Assembly: GCA_964016885.1 (NCBI GenBank)
Contig: OZ024742.1
Coordinates: 48,360,001 to 48,424,000, forward strand
Origin: Eledone cirrhosa
Taxonomy: Eukaryota
Reading direction: 5' to 3'
DNA: 64,000 nt
The notes under the pieces were generated by a model. The model made no database searches, was not told the origin of the DNA, and saw nothing but the letters and a program-made list of their open reading frames with translations. Positions 62,785 to 64,000 of the stretch are shown one piece after another. Position 1 is the stretch's first letter; every line of letters starts with the position of its first letter. Position numbers and translations under genes: made by a program.

Positions 62785-64000
62785 TCAGTCCAGGGACTTG
62801 TAGTTGTGCATTAGGTGTTTGGCTACGTGTGGACAACGTGTGAAACATTCATTCCTCGTGTTTAGGCAATCACTATTGCGTAATCTCTTTACAATAGTTA
62901 TTCGTTCGTCAATACATAGTCCACACGACGGATTCCCCCCCCCCCCCCTTGCGTATGGCTTGGACTTAGTGATTGCTTTCCATTGAATGGAGTAGTCTAT
63001 ACATGAGTCCTTGAGGGACCATACGTGGCTCGTGAGTTTCGTGGATGAACGTCTGTCCGGGTACCTGAAGGTAGACTGGTGGTTCAGGAAACGTTCCTTA
63101 AATCGGCCCTCCGCCATGCCCACATAGGATTTGACTTCCTGTTGTTCGTTTGGTCTGTTGGAAGTGACCACAGCTTCTTAAATTTCAGCTGGTGTATTGC
63201 ATTGCAGTTGAAGGGGGCAATCGTCAGGCTTACGGAAAGAGCACCCTGGAGGGGTATTGGTCCTAGGACTGCTGGTGATGTGGGCCTTCATGTTATTAGC
63301 GCAGGAGTATCCTAGTTTTACTTTGTGTCGGTTAAAGATGGAGCGGTATTTAGGACCTATGGGAAAGTGTCTATTTAAGAGGGCTAGACATTTTATTCTT
63401 ACATTGGTTTTAACGTTGAGTGAGAAGGGAGGAGAGAACCAGATAGGTTGTCTATTGTTGCGCTTACTTTTCCTAATGGTGTTGTCGCTAGTTTGAGAGT
63501 AAATGATAGTATGTGAGAAGCCACTGTTAGCCAACGCCGTGTTATAGTAGGGTGCTGCCCTGTCAAAGACAGCATTATTATGTTTTCTAAAAACAGTGGG
63601 AGGGTAGCATTAGTCCTTGTGAATGCAATTGAGTTTCTCGTTTAGCTTATGGAAGGGTCTGTGGGTGTGTGTGCGAAGGTCTAAATTAATGTCTAAGAAA
63701 TCTACACTAGATAGGTTGGTGGCTACTGTTATCCTAAGCCCTAACTCTTTGAAAGTAGAAGCTAAGTCTTTTTTAAACCGGTCGAGGTTGTTACCCCTTT
63801 TATGGCTCGATAAAGTCAATCCATCGTCGCCGTATATTCCCGTGTGGAAGTCCGGGAATGTAACACGTAATATGTCTGAGATAAATAGGCCAACGAAGTC
63901 ACATACGTCAGCACTGTCAAACGATCCCATGGGGACGTCGAATAGGTCTGAAGTTGTAGACTTCTTTGACCAGGCTACTTCGTTGTTGAGGAGGAGGGTT
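62785..64000 (-). pseudogene. Naiad-type Penelope-like RT + GIY-YIG, frameshifted, continuing beyond the window; 3' UTR 62505-62785 ends at (TA)n
   Basis: FDVPMGSFDSADVCDFVGLF, GIYGDDGL, VDFLDINLDL, WFSPPFS, CSFRKPDDCPL, YVGMAEGRFKERFLNH, W..I.KS.PY, CGLC, LNTRNECFTRCPH. Confidence 0.92.

Overview
AT-rich, microsatellite-saturated eukaryotic non-coding DNA, probably from a cephalopod (inferred only from the tRNA-derived SINE types). No intact host gene is evident. Almost all [14 protein letters not shown] ORFs in the track are microsatellite artefacts. The window is a graveyard of transposable elements. (1) Decayed Penelope-like retroelements (PLEs): at least five RT + GIY-YIG copies of the Naiad type (WxNPPY/F, CxC-x5-CPL linker, CxxC, LNxxxE..C.H), plus two fragments of other PLE clades. 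(2) A decayed autonomous Helitron (RepHel). (3) A 5'-truncated hAT (Buster/SPIN-like) transposase element. (4) RTE LINE fragments and tRNA-SINEs. The most striking structure is more than a dozen fold-back (inverted-repeat) PLE-derived elements embedded in (TA)n tracts. Most carry a type I hammerhead ribozyme that can be folded by eye. Several have non-canonical cores (U3-A8 covariation in three families, U4A, U4C), the fold-back axis repeatedly lies at or just 5' of the ribozyme, and unrelated families share an RCTC..GAGY hairpin in their 3' tails. All folds, alignments and coordinates were read manually and are approximate.
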